Part shown: one piece after another, positions 62,141 through 64,000 of the stretch
Layout: each line of letters starts with the position of its first letter
Numbering within the stretch: position 1 is the stretch's first letter
Program-made: the position numbers and the translations under genes
Assembly (NCBI GenBank): GCA_031291825.1
Contig: JARLIG010000009.1
Location: 983-64,982, forward strand
Source of the DNA: Minisyncoccota bacterium
GTDB lineage: Bacteria; Patescibacteriota; Minisyncoccia; Phycocordibacterales; UBA9973
DNA: 64,000 bases
Reading direction: 5' to 3'
Notes under the pieces: model-generated
What the model saw: only the letters and a program-made list of their open reading frames with translations
Database searches by the model: none
Told to the model about the DNA's origin: nothing

Positions 62141-62710
62141 ATGATTCATTTACTGCTGACGTATAGATATTTAATTTTAATCCCGATTGCTATTATTGAA
62201 GGCCCGATACTTACAGTCATCTGCGGATTTTTAGTGACTTTAAAAGTTTTCAATCCCCTTTGGGTTTATGTGATAGTGGTCTTGGGTGACATCGTTGGCG
62301 ATGGTGGCATTTATTATATCGGCTATGAAGGCAAAAGATTTTTGAAATACTTCGGTGTGACTGAAGAAAAATTGGAGAAAGCAAAATTATATTTTCAAGA
62401 CAACCACAAAAAAGCGATTGCGATGAGTAAGCTCGTGCATGGCATCGGCTTCACTGGACTGGTGGCCGCGGGAGCTCTGCATGTACCTTATAAAAAATAT
62501 TTCAAAACTTGTGCTCTGATTTCCATTTTTCAATCATTGATTTTATTAATCATCGGAATATTATTCGGTCATGCTTACACCCAAATCGGAAAGTACTTAA
62601 ATTATTACGCGGCAGGAGTGAGTGTTTTGGGGTTAATTGTTTTGTTGATTATTGTTATGAAAAAATATAAAGTGAACATTGTGACAATTCCACCAAGTGA
62701 TAAAAACTAA
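62141..62710 (+). CDS. DedA/TVP38-family membrane protein
   Basis: ..VLGDIVGDGGIYYIGY.....KLVHGIGFTGLVAAGAL DedA core. Confidence 0.7.
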   Translation: MIHLLLTYRYLILIPIAIIEGPILTVICGFLVTLKVFNPLWVYVIVVLGDIVGDGGIYYIGYEGKRFLKYFGVTEEKLEKAKLYFQDNHKKAIAMSKLVHGIGFTGLVAAGALHVPYKKYFKTCALISIFQSLILLIIGILFGHAYTQIGKYLNYYAAGVSVLGLIVLLIIVMKKYKVNIVTIPPSDKN

Positions 62711-63914
62711 AATGTCCCTAGAACCAAAAAATAAACTAAACATCGCCATGATTTGCGACCCAATCGGCAGTAATAAATCCGGTGTCGTCGTTTCTACTTT
62801 GCGTTTTTCAAAATTACTCAAGGAACGTGGACACCATGTTATTTTTATTGCCGCGAGTTCGGAAGAACACAGAAAAAATGATTTCTTTGAAGGAATAAAG
62901 GTTTATCACTATCGCAGTCTACCTATTCCAAAATCTGATGGCTGGCGACTGGCTTTCCCGACTGTTAATGAACTAAAAAAAGTTTTCCAAGTAGAAAAGA
63001 TAGATGTAATACATATCATTCTGCCGATGTCCGGAGCCATCGTCGCCATTAAGGCCGCGCGAGCGCTTGGTATTAAAATTGTCGCGCATTCGCACTCACA
63101 ACCGGAAAATTTGTTTGCTGATATGCCAAAATTTATCCAGCCAACCTTAAATAATTTATGGAATAAATATTTAATGTGGGTTTACTCCAAAGCGGAGTCA
63201 ATAATTTACCCATCGGAAATGGCTAAAGAATTACTACATAAATTGAATAAAAAGGATCAACCTTATACCGTTATTAGTAATGGAATAAATTTAAAACATT
63301 TTCAAAAGATGGAAGTCGGCGATTTTTATGAGCGATTTAAAATACCAAATGATAAAATAAAATTATTATTTGTCGGACGATTGTTTCCAGAAAAATCGGT
63401 GGATACACTCATTCGGGCAATGCCTTTTGTCCTGAGAAAGAATGAAAATGTGCATTTGATGCTTGTGGGCGGTGGAATCTTGAGAAATAAATTAGAAAAA
63501 TTAGTGGAAACTCTTAAAATGGGTAAACATATTACATTTTTAGGATTGGTTAGCGAAGAAGATAAAATTTTGGCTTTCAATGCCTGTGATATATTCGTTC
63601 TTCCCTCTTTGGCAGAACTCGAAGGAATGGTGGTGCTCGAAGCGATGGCTTGCGGAAAGCCAATTATTATTTCCGATACGGAGATGAGCGCATCGAGATT
63701 TTTTGTAAACGGTAATGGATTTTTATTTAAAACCCTAAACCCGGAGAGTCTGGCCGAGCAAACATTGAAGTTGGTAAATGATGAAGATTTACGAAAAAAA
63801 ATGGGCGAAGTAAGTTTTCAAAATGTTCAAAATTATGATATTCATAAAAGTGTGGAAATGTTGGAAGACGTTTATTATCAAGCGTTAAAGGGTCCAGACG
63901 TTGGACATCTATAG
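62697..63914 (+). CDS. Family-4 glycosyltransferase (GT-B, retaining)
   Basis: C-terminal EGMVVLEAMACGKPIIISD (EX7E) motif and GT4 N-terminal domain. Confidence 0.8.
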   Translation: MIKTKMSLEPKNKLNIAMICDPIGSNKSGVVVSTLRFSKLLKERGHHVIFIAASSEEHRKNDFFEGIKVYHYRSLPIPKSDGWRLAFPTVNELKKVFQVEKIDVIHIILPMSGAIVAIKAARALGIKIVAHSHSQPENLFADMPKFIQPTLNNLWNKYLMWVYSKAESIIYPSEMAKELLHKLNKKDQPYTVISNGINLKHFQKMEVGDFYERFKIPNDKIKLLFVGRLFPEKSVDTLIRAMPFVLRKNENVHLMLVGGGILRNKLEKLVETLKMGKHITFLGLVSEEDKILAFNACDIFVLPSLAELEGMVVLEAMACGKPIIISDTEMSASRFFVNGNGFLFKTLNPESLAEQTLKLVNDEDLRKKMGEVSFQNVQNYDIHKSVEMLEDVYYQALKGPDVGHL

Positions 63915-63941
63915 AACAGGTGTACAACGTCTGGACCTCTA
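63897..63941. repeat. Hairpin element ccagacgttggacatct-atagaacagg-tgtacaacgtctgg overlapping the GT4 stop codon; copy 2 of the 50686-50722 element
   Basis: Seen directly; 14-bp stem; the sequence is shared with the pilC-distal copy. Confidence 0.55.
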
Positions 63942-64000
63942 ATAAAAATTATGCAAGAACATTATTTAGATAATGACAGAATTTATTACCGCACCAACGA

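Overview
This is a low-GC, gene-dense (~90% coding) window that looks like a reduced Patescibacteria/CPR-like genome, inferred from truncated aminoacyl-tRNA synthetases, small operons, weak ribosome-binding sites and the gene content. The conserved housekeeping blocks are dnaG-rpoD; rpoB-rpoC; rpsP-KH-trmD; rpmF-nusB-rnc-smc; rnr; thrS; gyrB; pheS-pheT; trhO; ligA; and tRNA-Ser(GGA). An almost complete type IV pilus/competence locus spans roughly 45.9-58.9 kb: four minor pilins, pilD, two tandem pilA paralogs, pilC, pilT, a CheY-like regulator, pilB, a PilP-like gene, pilO, pilN, pilM and comFC. The first 7 kb holds an extracytoplasmic thiol-disulfide/Cys-rich protein cluster together with a GT2 synthase, speH, a DUF2156 protein and an EamA transporter. 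The window ends with a P-type ATPase and DedA and GT4 genes. The most unusual feature is a family of GC-rich, modular palindromic elements (a conserved core hairpin 'ggaaggttcc..ccgaagg..ggag' flanked by variable inverted arms of 15-20 bp) inserted in frame, in both orientations, into pheT, pheS and three times into ligA, two of them inside the ligase zinc-finger loop. This resembles Rickettsia palindromic elements. Related GC-rich hairpins sit inside the coding sequence of smc and other genes, and stack as REP-like arrays at gene ends. Other points worth a second look: a solo MazF/NdoA-like toxin directly after rpoC, with a consensus-promoter/terminator mini-transcript convergent on it; a 723-aa SMC whose hinge appears to be replaced by a CxxC zinc-hook-like apex; a DUF559 endonuclease two-gene insert bracketed by inverted GC-rich repeats between dsbA and rpoD; domain fusions (DacA-CapA, NusB-degenerate Nudix); and two GC-rich, compositionally foreign genes.
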